Positions 40,001-55,200 of a DNA stretch of 64,000 nucleotides are shown here, piece by piece. The stretch is from Botryllus schlosseri. Its lineage: Eukaryota. The notes below the pieces were generated by a model. The model worked only from the letters and a program-made list of their open reading frames with translations. It had not been told where the DNA came from and ran no database searches. Position numbers and translations under genes: made by a program. Within the stretch, counting starts at the first letter, position 1; each line of letters opens with the position of its first letter. The stretch is taken from contig CM119371.1 in NCBI GenBank assembly GCA_051294905.1, forward strand, positions 9,302,001-9,366,000. Direction: 5' to 3'.

Positions 40001-43000
40001 CGTAGCTTGCCAAGAACGGAGAAAGAAGGTTCAACAGCAGCATTTGTTGGCTGACAACACTCAAGTTGTGTGCACACTGCTGGTGACAAACCGTGTTGCT
40101 TCATTCTGACAATGTTGTCTATATCACAATTTTTCAGCTTGCGCTTCTTGATATAAGAACCATGCAATGTCCAAGCAGTCTTGCTTCAGCTAGGATATTG
40201 CGGTACGTTGACCATAAAACCATGTCACTATTAGTTTCATTTGACCATTATGATTCACAATGAGCAGACGATGGTCCGTTTACAACGGTAGGCCTATAAA
40301 GTAGGCTACAAGCTGTAAAATATCAAATGATAAGTTCACCGACAGCGCAAAATCTACGATACAAACGAAATGCAGAGGTCAAATAATGTTTGACTTTGTA
40401 AACAATTTTGACAAATTTTGACCTAACGCTACAATTTTGACCTAATTTTGACTTTTTTTGACATGTCAAAAAAAAATTGCCCTAATAATAAGGTAAATAT
40501 TTGAAAGCAAACCGAGAATCTTAAACTGTTTCATGAGATCATCATCTCATCCCGTATCTCAGTATGAAACACAGTTAAAATTTGCAGATATCGACATCGG
40601 CTTTTGCTTGAAATCCGCAACGCCGTAGTTTGCGCATGTGTCAGATTTGCGTACATCTCTACCATGCTCGACCTCGATAACGAAATTACTAAACATTGAG
40701 TATCAACCGTACTTACCACAGCGTTCGGTACTGAAATCTAGACATGCCTTCCAAAAGCTCAAGACCGATCTTGGTATAGAGCAGTGGTTCCCCAATGGTG
40801 GGAAATTCAATGGTTTCTGGTGGGGAATAGACGCATTTGTTCAAAATCATATACAGGACAGTATATACACATTCACGGACACACATGCGCAATTACCGTT
40901 ACCAGTTAACTGCTCTGGAATGTAAGTATCAAAAATTATATTGCGTGTGGTTCACAAAATCCCATTTTAGTTCTGGATGGCTAATCATGGCGTCACAAAC
41001 GAACCCAACACGACTAGTTTAACGTGAAATTTCACTCTCGCGAAATTTTGAGCGTTACTGGGTATCGGTTCAAAATACGTTTTATGTTGCAGTTATACGC
41101 GATTGTCTCGCATACTGGTGTGGTCTTGTGTCTCGTGCAGTAAAACCAGCAAAGTATCTGCTCTAGTGTGATGACAAAGTGCTGGGTAGTAGGGAAAAGG
41201 ATCGTAACTGCAGCACCCCCCCCCCCCCAGTAGGGGGCGAGCTCGAAGGGGCCCAAATGGATTTCATGAATTAACATAAATTAAAGTATTTTTTTCTAAT
41301 TTATGCCACTTTTTCAAAATATTTTCGCGCTGTTGCGCGATATGATATTGCCGAATATCTGATTATTAGGTAGGCCTACTCTTCCCCCACGAAAATACGT
41401 AGAATATATAGAAATGAAGAATTCGGCGTCGGCCATTGCTGTGTCACGACGCACCAAGTCATACGAAGTTATAGGACATGTAAGATGCAATTCCGAGAAG
41501 TGTGCCAGAGCGATCAGCAGCGAAAAGACCTTGGCCGAGAAGGAATGCCCTTGTGGTGACCCAAAACTTCGATATAAATACAATATACATATATGTTTAT
41601 TTGGTTGAATGGCTGGCGCCGAATGTTCCTGTTCTGGCGATCTGAACCCAACAGGACAAATGCCATCCCACGGGGAGAAATTATTTGCCAGTAAAGCAAT
41701 AACAATTTCAAATCGTGTATGCCTTTTACTTTTGGCGATTTCCATATCTTTTGACATAGCAGATATAGGAGGTCACGAAATAGCATAATGTAACGGAAGT
41801 CTATATACCAACGGGTCCGCACGAAGATGTTCAATTCTTATTTAAGGGCTCTACCTTTTCCAGCACGCCTCACTCAGCTCTACCGGTAAACCTGATTACG
41901 TGAGCAGAGAGGGGATTAAAAATTGACAGCAAAATATATGCGATTCCCGATCAGATTGGGCGATTCAAACACGAATTATATATAATTTTCGCGCTTCCGC
42001 CTGTTTAGTCGAAATAAGGCGACGCACTAAATAGTAGACCCAATGTAGCTATAAGTTGCAGGGAAAACGCGTACAAGCTCAGCGGGGCTGAGGAGGTTCT
42101 GGGGGCCCAAGACCAACGTTTTTTTCCGGGGCTGACAAAGTGCTGTTACGGTCCTGGTGGGGAATGAAGGCTCGGAATAAATCTGAAGCGGGGAATGAAG
42201 ACAGGTTGGGAACCACTGGTATAAAGCATCGGTAAAATCGATCAATACCAGTATTGCGTAAAATATGTAAGTGATAAATGGCGAGTCAGCTCTCGCTCGA
42301 CTTGTGAAACGAAATTATCACCCATATAATTGAGTGATGAACTTAAAAACTGGGTACGGCGTTCGATATTAACATTAAGACTAGCTATGCGAAATGTCAT
42401 GACCAATCTCGGTATCGAACACCGTCAAAATCAATGGAGACCAATACCCGCTTTTGAGTGAAATCTGTTTGCGATACGTGACGGATCAGCACACAGTCTT
42501 TAGAAACGAAACTACTACCCTACACTTTATGTAGCAACCCTGAAACTTGGAGCAGTGTTAAATACCACCTTCACAACATAACACACACCAAGTTTCAAGA
42601 GTTATCATGGAGCGAAACATCTACAAAATCGACCTATACCAGCAAAGGTCACTCTACGCATATGACGTAACCGAGTTAAGATATAGATACGATTGTTACA
42701 TCACAACTTAGGGGAAACCAGGTTAGGTTGCCCCACTCGCTCGGTAATTTTATGAATAGGAGAGAGTAAATCACCGTTTCTTTATTGTGCGCGGCTTTGA
42801 GAGAACAGACAGTAAACGCTTGTTATGGGCGCTACCGGGGCAAGCCCCGGCTAGGTGTTCACAAAGCGAAAACACAAAAGGATTCGATTTCCGCCGATAC
42901 AAGCGCATTTACAAGCGAAAGAACAAAAAGAATGCGGGTTTCGCTGTGATTTAGGTATCTGTTGATTGCTGTGAGTCTATAAATGGTGAATAATTGTTAT

Positions 43001-46000
43001 TGAACAGAATTTTAGGTGGGGCAATGCCCCAGTTTCCCTATAGGACGAGCCGCAACTGGTTATTATGGTCCGAGCGGAAGTGGAACCGGTTCCGTAAATT
43101 TCTACACAATTACTTTTCGAAGTAGCAGTTTCCAGTATATATCCAACATATTTCGACCGCAGTAGAAAATGAAAGGTATGAAAATTAAGCTAGTCATAGT
43201 TGCAAAATATAAATTTGGTCGAGTGGTTGCATACGTCTAGCAGCTACACATATCAGTGGCTACTTGCAAAATTCCAACACGCATCTTCCGAACCCGTGCA
43301 AATTCACCACTTGTGTACCATCTAAAAACAGTACATTGAACGCTCTCTTAGTCGAAATCTCATGCTGGTGATGATACATTTTGTGATACGATTGTTGATA
43401 TACAATGTTCTTTCCAATTCTGTACTAGTTGCTGACGATTACCCCTGACGAGTCTCAGCCGAAAATAATCGGGTTCGTATGTCAATTGCTACTTGAGTAG
43501 CGCAAGTTTGGCGCATGCTTTGTGAGTAAAAAGTAGTAGTGCTCTGTCACTGGCCACAGTTGGGCAGGGTTTCACGGACTCTGGTCACTTTTGGTTACTC
43601 TACTTGACACGAGTTATTTTCGAAATGTAAAATGTAAATGTATATAATATTAATAAAATACTTAATTTATTTTTATATATATATAAATATCATTATAATG
43701 ATAGATAATATTGTAAATGTAAAAGAACGCGATCGACCAAAGTCCTTCTGTGCATTGACTCGACTTTTACTCGAGTCATTGCTCATGGCTGTGCAAAGCA
43801 TGTGACTTGGAACATTCTATATCTGACTTGATTCAAGTCTGGTGTACCAAGACCGATACTTAAAAATAGGCCAATAAACTGTCATTTATCCAACAGAACT
43901 GAGAAAAATGAGTATATGATGAATATGAGGCCTTCGATATCACCCAAGACTTGAGTCTTATAAAAAAGCGAGGTAACCGGTGAACAGTAGGAGTCTTACT
44001 CGGACTCTGGCCTCACCACCATGACTCTGATTTAAGCCTTTGCTATCCGACTTGGACTCGGATTTGACTCGGTGCTGAGTTTAACATTGACTTCAACTTG
44101 ATCCGAGTTTGAACTACAAAAGTAAGATTGACTCGTGACTCGGTACCTTGTGACTTGGTTACGGCATTGAATCTGGGCCCGGCAAAACTTTCCAGGTATA
44201 ACTTATATTTTAACAGCGCCGGCGGTCGTATTGGTGAAATGGATTTCCTACCGAAAACTTGGATTGATTTCGAGTGCCCTGTTCTCTTTGAGCTTGTTAG
44301 CAGCGTCTTTTAGCCCGAATTTTGCGATGTACGCGACTTTAGGCGGAGCCACAGCAGGTGAGTAATGAAGATTTCTTGCACGGAAACATCTTGCAAATAT
44401 CGATCTTTCGAACACTCCGACTTCAGTACGGCCTTAGGAAGTCGCTTGGATTCGTTAAGAATTTTTCAAACTGTCGCTTTAAATCGGATATTGCATCTGT
44501 TGGTGCGAGATATCATTATTTATGGAAACGTGTGTACTCCGCAACCGATTCGGACAATGCTCAGACTTGTTTGGTCGCTATTCCAACGAACTTCCAAAAC
44601 CGAATTGCGCCAATAAGACCAATAAACGAATATAAGTTGCATCTGAGAACGTTAATTTCTACCAATACCTAATTATACGTACAGTTACGAGTTAAGGAAC
44701 TCTTGATATACCTTGAAAATATCCAGGTCATCACCAACGACGTCTCGACATGCACTTATCTCGCCACCCTTTACAATACAATCCACATACAATTTACCCA
44801 AATGCAGACAAATTAGTCGCATTAGCTACTTCGATAAAACTATAGGTAACTTCGTTAATTTTTATTTGCTTGTCGAAAATTTCTACATATTTGCAAGTAA
44901 ATTTAGCGATTCCCAAGAGATGCCTAAACGAGATCAAGTCTGCGGAGGCCTACTCGAGTAGCCCAATTAGTTTCAGAATGTAGATCTGGTCGAGCGGTCC
45001 CATCACTACACTCTAAATCGAAAGCATCGATTTAGACACAAAATTGTGCATTCAAAGATGCAATATGGGACAAACACATAAAGTCGACCCAAATCTTTCG
45101 CCGAAGTGGTGTCATAATATGTGCAAGTCCACACTTCATCAGATAAAGTTACGAAATATGTGCTTCTGCTCTCATCTTATCATCTGTCGCCGGCTTTGAT
45201 CACTATGAAAGAGTTTACGTATACATTTTAATAGTCCGGTAAGTCGCCGCACGAGTTGTGAGATCAGTAAGATTGAGAGGGATTGTGAGGTCGACGATGG
45301 AAACGCTGCTGAAATGTAATCGTAATGTCACTGGTAAATGACCAGATCATCCAGGGTAAGGTACGGTACACTCGTGTGTCGATCATGACGTCATCGGTAA
45401 ACCCAATGACCCTGGGGTCCGTTTGCTCCCGCTGGGTTATTTGCAGGGGAGGAATTAAGCTGCAAGATATAGATTCTCAAATGATGCAGCCTTTCTATAA
45501 TAGATGTTGAACGGTAATAACGACTCTCGCGTAAGTAATGCGTGCTTTTAGCCCCGTTTACATATAGCTCAGAAGCAATGTTACCTCTAATTTTGACGAG
45601 TCTGCAGCAAGCGCTCACCTATTCACTGCGCAGTCCCTTGGACAACAGTGCGTAACCACTAAAAAAAAGTCATCTCTTCGGATTTTTTGTGCACAACTGA
45701 TAATTTATGTGAGCAGAGGCTGCGTCAGCTCAAATCAATTGCAGACATGCGTACCTAAAAGGGCACATTGCTCAGGAGCCATGAAGTGGACTGCTGTTTC
45801 ATCAATGTCGCTCCATTATTTTAGAGTGTCGCTTTCTTGCATTTACTAGATTTTGTGATCGTTTCTCTTTTCATTTTATTTACCAACCAAACTGGCAGAA
45901 GAAATTGATCATTTCCATTATATTGCATTTCCTCATTATTGATCATTGATATATCAGCAGTATAGCAATGAAGAAATCAATCAATCAATCATTGTCATCA

Positions 46001-46179
46001 CCATGTAATTTTGAAGTACGTTGTTTAGTAATCGTTAGTGTTACCTGGCTATTATCAGTGCATTCTGCTTTTGACTGTTGACTGAATAAACATCTCTGTA
46101 TTTCTCTATAGATAACTAACCTACGTTTCTCTATAGATAAACCTACGTAGGTTAGTTATCTATAATTTCTCTATTGCTA

Positions 46180-46222
<43 letters not shown>

Positions 46223-49200
46223 CACGCTTCACATCTCTCGGTAACGGCGGAAACTCAGTCACGGTCAAAGGGTCAAATTTAAATGGAGCGACAGGCCGCA
46301 GTACAGTGACTTTGTGGATGTCGATGAACGTGTCGCTAATCTCATCATAGCGGAAGGAATAAAGAAGATGTTGATTGCGTACGGCATTACAAGAGAACAC
46401 ATTGCTTTAATAATTGAAGGTAATTCGTTCAAGAATATCAACATGCGATATGTTATGATTACCGGTATGTTGTCAAGAGGGTTCTTCAGCAAGCAGCAGT
46501 GTGAGAAATATTGGTAGATTGCCTTTTAGATCAACTTGCAGTAGCATCGAAACGGAGTTTCAGAATGTCAGTTAATCCTCTACGTTGATGCAATATGGGT
46601 TTACAACTAGATTTCATGACCAAGTTATATAGATCTTGCTTTGCAGTTGACTCACTTGTTTTTCCAACTACACGACATTTTCATTAGTTCAAAACATGAT
46701 ATTTTATTCATGAACCTATTATAATAATTATTGTTTATATTATCCAGTGAAATAAATCTTATTATATTCATATCAAGTTCCCTCTATATAACACATAGAA
46801 GTGTGTGCAATGTGCATGCTTAGCTCACTAGCTGCTTTTATAGTAGGCTAACACTTTGCCTTTGTAATAGATCAGAGCGGGGTTTCAAATGTTCGTTCCG
46901 AGAAGTGTCGAAGCAAAATACTTACTACTCCTGACGAAATATTTGGAGCAGCGCTAGAGACAGATGAAGAGGTTAGTATTTTTTAACTATTCTAGAATGA
47001 ACTTATTAAATATTGTTTTGTCAGAACTCTTGCCTTCATATCAACCGGAAGGCAATAAGTGGAATGTCCTTCAACCAAATCTTCTACTTGATATTTATTT
47101 GTAGGGAAAACAAGCCGCTGCGGTTATGCTCCTGAGGGAGGGAGTTACGAAATGCAGTAACTGAAGAGAGAATCACAACAGGATTTGAGGGCGATAACGC
47201 TTTATCAGGTGAGTTGTAGGATTTGCTGCTTGCTTAACCTGGAACTGTGTGAACAATGAACCTAGATGTACCATAACGTCCTGATTTGTCAGATTTGTAC
47301 TGATTTCTACTCTTGTCCTGATTTTTTGGCAAACATTGTTCGGCGTTTTCCATAACACCTTGAACGTTTTGCATGCCACAATCTGGCACAAGTTTGAACT
47401 TAACAGACCGTCACAAAAGTACTGCTAGTGCTGTTGTTTGAAAATTTTATGGCTTAACATGCGTGCATGTTGAGTTGGTTCTAATTCGGGGTCTGTTAAT
47501 TTCCAAGTTGCGACACAAACATGTGTTCTAATTCGGGGTCTGTTGAGCTCAGACGTGTGCCTCATTTTGTTTTTGGGTGCTGAAAATATTGTAGGCCTAT
47601 GTTTTGATTGACGCTGTTTACGTTATGACGGTGCAATAAACACTCGAACTGAAAGAAGGCCTCCAAAAATAGATGATTATTAAATGCTTTTCAATTACAT
47701 CATTATTTTTGATAAGGCTATAAATCTAAGTTAGAATGAGCTGGTGTAAATTCGTTTTCGTCCCACACCACGGAAAATCATTTCTGCTGCTAATGTAATT
47801 TTTGGTTTTCCTGACTTCGAGTCCATGAGGATGGCTACCATGGATATAGTGCATAGAATCAGTGAATGTGAACATAATGCTTGTGCCGTTCCAAAAGGAA
47901 CCTGTATGATGGTATACTGATCAAATCTGAATGGATCATTAAAGGTTAGTAAACTTATGATTATGTGGAAAAACCCATACATGTCAGCGACTAGACAGCA
48001 TGTCGTGACGACAGAATTTGCTATCACTTGTTTCCATGAGTTAAGCTTGTTAAACCATATTGGCAAAAACCTATATTGGCCTATTCAGCTCTATTTTTAT
48101 TCAATATGCATTATGCAGAAGTCCCATAAAGGCAATTCTACATAATCTAAATCTTGTGCTTTCGATTCACACATGGATTATTGGCAATATAATTTTACTT
48201 AACATATTTCTTTCAATTCCAGGCCCATTCAGTCCAATTAACGGCCACAAAGCTGAGTCCTCGACATCTCGTACTAGCGTACCATGAAAATGGTGACCTG
48301 CAGTCATGGATCGTGGCGAATGGCATCCGCATAAAGGGATCGTCTCACAATAAAGCGAAACCATTTGAGATGGTGCTGGATCTTCTCGCGTGTTATTATG
48401 TTTGTGACCATATCCAAAAGTTTTACAGTATGTCCTGATTGGATACAAAAATTTGTGTTTCAATCCAACAAGCTTCTCTGTTTTATGAGCAGATTCTAGA
48501 AATCCCAGTAATGATTTTGATTTCGTTTGCTGACTTGGACAACTATACAATTCTAGTACTACTCTAGTTGTCTAATTAGAGTGAAAATAAAATGTGTAGC
48601 TAAAATTCTGATTATACTCTAATTTTGAAAAAAAAACTAGCTATAATTATAATTCTACTTTAATTCGTGAAGTGCTTCGTCTCTCTCATTCGAATCTAAT
48701 TTGTGAAAACAACTGAACCTATAATTCTAATTGTACTCTAATTTGGAAAAACAGTGTAGCTATAGTTCTAATTCTACTCTATAATTTGAAAAAAACTGTT
48801 GCTATAATTCTGATCCCACTCTAATTTCGAAATAAAAACGAGCTACAAATCTAATTCTACTCTAGTTTGGAAAAAGCTGTGTAGCTATAAATTCTGATGC
48901 TACTCTAATTTGTGAAATGTTTCTTTGCTCTCAATCTAATCTAATTTAGAAAACCACTACCGTATAGCTATATTTCTAATTCTACTCTAATTTGAAATAA
49001 AAACTACATCTAATTGGATTCTAAGTCTAATTCAGAAAATATACTGCAGTAGTTATTCTGATTCTACTCCAATTTTTCAAATGTTACTTTGCTCTGATTC
49101 GAATCTAATTTGTGATAACAACTGTGTCGCTATAATTCTAACTCTACTCCAATTTGGGAAATGTTTTTTTGATCTAATTGAATCTAATTTGTGATAACAA

Positions 49201-52200
49201 CTGTGTCGCTATAATTCTAACTCTACTCCAATTTGGGAAATGTTTTTTTGATCTAATTAGAATCTAATTTGTGATAACAACTGTGTCGCTATGACTTTAA
49301 TTCTACTCCAATTAGGGAAATATTTTTTGCACTAATTAGAATCTAATGTGTGAAAACAACTGTGTTGCTATAATTGTAATTCTACTCCAATTTTTGAAAT
49401 GCTTCTTTGCTTTGATTCAAATGTAATTTGTAGCTGCAACTGGTCGCTATAATTCTAATCACATACCAATTTGTGAAATGTTTCTTTGCTCTAATTAGAA
49501 TCTAATTTGTGATAACAACCGTGTCGCTAGGATTGTAATTCTACTCCAATTTTTGAAATGTTTTTTGCTTTACTTAGAATCTAATTTGTGATAACAACTG
49601 TGTCGCTATAATTCTAATTCTACTCCAATTTGGGAAATATTTTTGCGGAAATTAGAATCTAATTTGTGATAAGAACTGTGTCGCTATGATTCTAACTCTA
49701 CTCCAATTTGGGAAATATTTTTTTGCACTAATTAGAATCTAATTTGTGAAAACAACTGTGTTGCTATAATTGTAATTCTACTCCAATTTTTGAAATGCTT
49801 CTTTGCTTTGATTCAAATGTAATTTGTGGCTGCAACTGGTCGCTATAATTCTAATCACATACCAATTTGTGAAATGTTTCTTTGCTCTAATTAGAATCTA
49901 ATTTGTGATAACAACTGTGTCGCTATGATTCTAATTCTACTCCAATTTTTGAAATGCTTCTTTGCTTTGATTCAAATGTAATTTGTGGCTGCAACTGGTC
50001 GCTATAATTCTAATCACTTACCAATTTGTGAAATGTTTCTTTGCTCTAATTAGAAAGTAATTTGTTAAAACGAACGTGTCGCTAGGATTGTAATTCTACT
50101 CAAATTTTTGAAATGTTTTTTGCTTTAATTAGAATTTAATTTGTGATAGCAACTGTGTCGCTATGATTCTAATTCTACTCCTATTTGGGAAATATTTTTG
50201 CGGAAATTAGAATCTAATTTGTGATAAGAACTGTGTCGCTATGATTCTAACTCTACTCCAATTTGGGAAATATTTTTTTGCACTAATTAGAATCTAATTT
50301 GTGAAAACAACTGTGTTGCTATCATTGTAATTCTACTCCAATTTTTGAAATGCTTCTTTGCTTTGATTCAAATGTAATTTGTGGCTGCAACTGGTCGCTA
50401 TAATTCTTATCACATACCAATTTGTGAAATGTTTCTTTGCTCTAATTAGAATCTAATTTGTGATAACAACCGTGTCGCTAGGATTGTAATTCTACTCCAA
50501 TTTTTGAAATGTTTTTTGCTTTACTTAGAATCTAATTTGTGATAACAACTGTGTCGCTATGATTCTAATTCTACTCCAATTTGGGAAATATTTTTGCGGA
50601 AATTAGAATCTAATTTGTGATAACAACTGTGTCGCTATGATTCTAATTCTACTCCAATTTGGGAAATATTTCTGCGGAAATTAGAATCTAATTTGTGATA
50701 AGAACTGTGTCGCTATGATTCTAACTCTACTCCAATTTGGGAAATATTTTTTTGCACTAATTAGAATCTAATTTGTGAAAACAACTGTGTTGCTATAATT
50801 GTAATTCTACTCCAATTTTTGAAATGCTTCTTTGCTTTGATTCAAATGTAATTTGTGGCTGCAACTGGTCGCTATTATTCTAATCACATACCAATTTGTG
50901 AAATGTTTCCTTGCTCTAATTAGAATCTAATTTGTGATAACAACCGTGTCGCTAGGATTGTAATTCTACTCCAATTTTTGAAATGTTTTTTGCTTTACTT
51001 AGAATCTAATTTGTGATAACAACTGTGTCGCTATGATTCTAATTCTACTCCAATTTGGGAAATATTTCTGCGGAAATTAGAATCTAATTTGTGATAAGAA
51101 CTGTGTCGCTATGATTCTAACTCTACTCCAATTTATGAAATATTTTTTTGCACTAATTAGAATCTAATTTGTGAAAACAACTGTGTTGCTATAATTGTAA
51201 TTCTACTCCAATTTTTGAAATGCTTCTTTGCTTTGATTCAAATGTAATTTGTGGCTGCAACTGGTCGCTATAATTCTAATCACATACCAATTTGTGAAAT
51301 GTTTCTTTGCTCTAATTAGAATCTAATTTGTGATAACAACCGTGTCGCTAGGATTGTAATTCTACTCCAATTTTTGAAATGTTTTTTGCTTTAATTAGAA
51401 TCTAATTTGTGATAACAACTGTATCGCTATGATTCTAACTCTATCCCAATTTGTGAAATGTTTCTTTGCTCTGATTCAAATGTAATTTGTGGTTGCAACT
51501 GTGTCGCTATAATTCTATTTCCACACCAATTTGTGAAATGCCTTTTTTCTCTAATTAGATTCTAATTTGCAAAAACAACTGTGTCGCTATAATTCTAATT
51601 CTACACCAATTAGTGAAACGTTTCTTTGCTCTAATTAGAATCTAATTTATGATAACTTTGTAGCTGTAGTTCTTATTTCTATTTGGATAAGCTTAAGTTT
51701 TTCAATTGTGCAAGCTAGAAATTCACACATTTTCGTCTGCAAATGAATGTTCTGTATTGATCTTTCGCTGCAATAAAATCTTTTTTGAGCATAAGCTGAG
51801 TAAAAATTCATGGATGGCTGGTATTAATTTCGAGCTCTGCACCAGTCAACATGAACATACCACTACTAAACACAGGAAAGCCAGGCACACATCGGCTCCA
51901 GCACGTTGTGTGGTAGTTAAAAAAAAAAACGGATTTGGCATGTAAGTTTGCGTTCCTCTGCACGCATTCGAATTTAGAGTGTAAGCTATAGCAGTTATTC
52001 CTAGGCCTCGTTAGAAATGTCAAGATCTATCTTGAATATTGACTATTGGCACTATACATCTATGTAGATAGGCACAATCCACCACCCTATATTCAATTAC
52101 TGCCATGCGTGGGATATTTCACCATTTTGTCAACTATTTAACTCAGAACAGTGATGTAATCGTAGCCTATTCTAAAAGTACTTGGTATGGTATAGAATCC

Positions 52201-55200
52201 AGAATGAGAAGAAAAGAAAAGCACATTTGCCTGAAATACTCGGGTCGACGTGAAAGTAGAATCACAAACACCGATGTGAATAAGTAACATACTTGGGTGA
52301 TCGGAAAGATAGAAGTGCTTGGATACTGAACACCACGTCGGACCAAGATCCCAACAAATGGAAACCTGACTGTTACGAAATGACGACTCGTAGTAATTTG
52401 ATTAAACTGTCATTTACTTCCTTCGACGCATTTCATGTGTTCCCTAGTCACTGCGGCGACGGGACACATGCTAATCATCATATGAGCTGTAGTTGCACCA
52501 CAGATGCGAGCTTCGAATTAGCCTGCCTTTGCTGTGTAAACGTCAGAAATTTTCAATTGTCAGGACTTTTCGGTGGGACGTCGATCAATCTCCTGTACCT
52601 CTCCATACCGAGATACTACATCAAGCATCGCAGCATAGTGGCTGGATATATATACACTGTGGAGACGATTGGTGTGTTATTGACGACGGCCTTGTATTCA
52701 CGGCTCACTGAAGAATATGACTGGCACACAGGGCTGTTCTGGATGTCATTCATATCAGCTGGCGGTATTGTTGGAGCATTCGTGTACCGGTGAGGGAAAT
52801 ATATACGGCCCGAGATGTTTCATCGCCTTCAGTAGTTATGACATAGATGTATATGAAGTAAACTTTGGTGTAGTCAATAAAGCGGTACCTGCGTGGTTCC
52901 ATTCTGAATAGATAGGTTCGAAATGCAAAGATGAAATAGGTAGTGTGACGTAAGAATGGTATAACAACAACAACGAGAGAAATCACAAAACGAGAGCGTT
53001 AAGCAAAAATGCAATACAAATTGGCTATAATGTATAGCCATAGACGCAACACTAATGAAATACACGGAGAGAATAGAGTCGGTCCTTTCTGAATAGAGTA
53101 GTAGGCTTCGCGTCAGTATTACAGTGTCATTCATCACGTCGTAAGAGTATGTATAATGTGGAAGTATAGCCTTTCTATTTTGTATGCCAGCTCTGTATCG
53201 CATTGAGGATGATCTGGCATTTTCCAAACTTACCTATTTTACTGCACTTTGTGACCGTGCTGAGAATTGACCGCGACCTCGACAAAGATATCAGTTCCAC
53301 TAACGTTCGTATGTTGGTATTGTAGGTTTCGATTTCAATATTGGTTGCGGTTATGTTTCGGTTGTTGCATTTCACCTTGTAATTCCCCGATACTTGATAC
53401 AGCGTTACCGAACCCATGTCCGCAAAATATGTGATTTGTATGTTTGAGCTGTTCGCGGTGTTTGTCGACAACTATGGTCATTTACACCAAGCCGTGCTTG
53501 TTATTCCGTAGCTGCCGACTTGTAGCACGGCCCTCTTCTAGACTTTTATAAGACACCGTGACATGTCCATCCATGGGTGCGAGGATTCTCTCCTGGGGGT
53601 GTGGAGATGTTGTGTCATTCGTGGGATTACTTAAATCTAGTCCAGGGCCGGGCAACATACGGCCCGCCACGGCATTTTGTACGGCCCGCGGGCAGCTTCC
53701 CGTCTTACAAGATAATGAGTCCCACGGCATATCAGTCTGCCGAGATTCCCCAATCCCCACTACTTGCTTACAACATTAAGTTTTAGTGAGTGTAGGTTAT
53801 GTTAATATATCGTGTGTGCGCATTGCGCAGCGTGCGAGAGTGGAGCTGACGGGTAAGTTCGTCGAAGCGAAGATTGCATTGTCATCATTCACTATATGCC
53901 TAACCCTAATGTTTCTTGTGGTAGTCATGGTGTTTGTCAACTGCAATGGTCATTTACACCAGGCCGATATTTCTTATTTTTGATTCCGTAACCGCCGAGT
54001 GGTAGCATGGCACACGTCCAGGCTTTTGTGAGACACCGCTCAATAGTTATGCCGATGAGATGGCGCGGAGGAGCCTGGATAAACATCCAATACTTAGGTA
54101 GAAATTATGGAGTCGGACTCGAACTCACAACACATTGCTTTCGTAGCTGTCACATTATCTCGCCACCTACTCAACTCGAATGAATTGATATCTTGGTAAG
54201 TTCGGGGTACCGGGCCTGTCGAACGACCTTGAATCTTAATTAGGGATTGCACATTGGGTTGATTGATCGAAGAGAAGCAAACATGGCAGTGCATGTATGA
54301 CAGTGGTTTTCAAGCTGGGGGCGTGAAAGCATCTGAAGAAGGGGCCCGAAGTCACAGTTAACTGAAAAATTGTTCGCGCACCAGACTTACCTCCAGCTCA
54401 TTGTGTTTACTCTATCCCTCATTGTGTTTACTCTATCCATTGTCCGAATTTCATATTTGAGAATTGTCTCATAAATAGCCATAACCTTCATTGCCATCAA
54501 AATATCCGTTGCGATGGCTAGCATTCTGATTTACCTCTTTAATATTTGTGATATAACGATAAGGGCGCGCGGATTTTTCACTATTCAAAAGGGGGGCGTG
54601 TTTAAAAAAAGTTTAAGAAACACTGCTGTATGACAATTCTGTTCCCAAGTCCACATTCTCTTCATTATCGGTGAGAATTTCTTTGAAATAACATTGCTGC
54701 GTTAAAATACATTCATTAAATACGATTTTTACCTTGTATATGTGAATAAATGGGCAAATGATGTATCGATTCAGCAATTCGGCCCGCCAAGTGCTTAATT
54801 CTTATATATCAGGCCCGCCGACTGAAGAAGTTGCCCGTCCCTGATCTAGTCCATTGGTCCTCGAATCACGGGTTAGTCAAATATATTAGACTTTCTGTTG
54901 GAGTTGTGGTCTCTTAAACTACCCTCCACCTCGACCTAGTGCCCGAAGTCATAGTTTTTTCTGCGGTGTATGTCTCGATTCCCTGACTTCTTGCCGCCCT
55001 TTTCATTCCATTTCCACCGGGTCTATTTTCTGGGCTTTTTGTCGATGTAAGAACAGCGACGCGAGGGAAGAGCCCAGAATAACCTCCGTCACGGAATCGA
55101 ACCCGTGCCGCCCGGGCCACTGTCGCCTATTGTCACCACTACCTCATCGCCATTCCAAATTGGAAGAGGTTGCGCTCCTGTGTATTAATTAGAGAAATGA

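Noticed and set aside
48550..51680. CRISPR-like regular repeat array
   Set aside because: There are no unique spacers and no cas genes, and the context is a eukaryotic intron; it is a satellite.
52874..53471. Possible nested minus-strand gene in intron 3 of gene B
   Set aside because: There is one donor-like site but no recognisable domain and no consistent exon chain.
55085..55155. tRNA gene
   Set aside because: Box B is present but there is no convincing cloverleaf; better explained as a SINE head.
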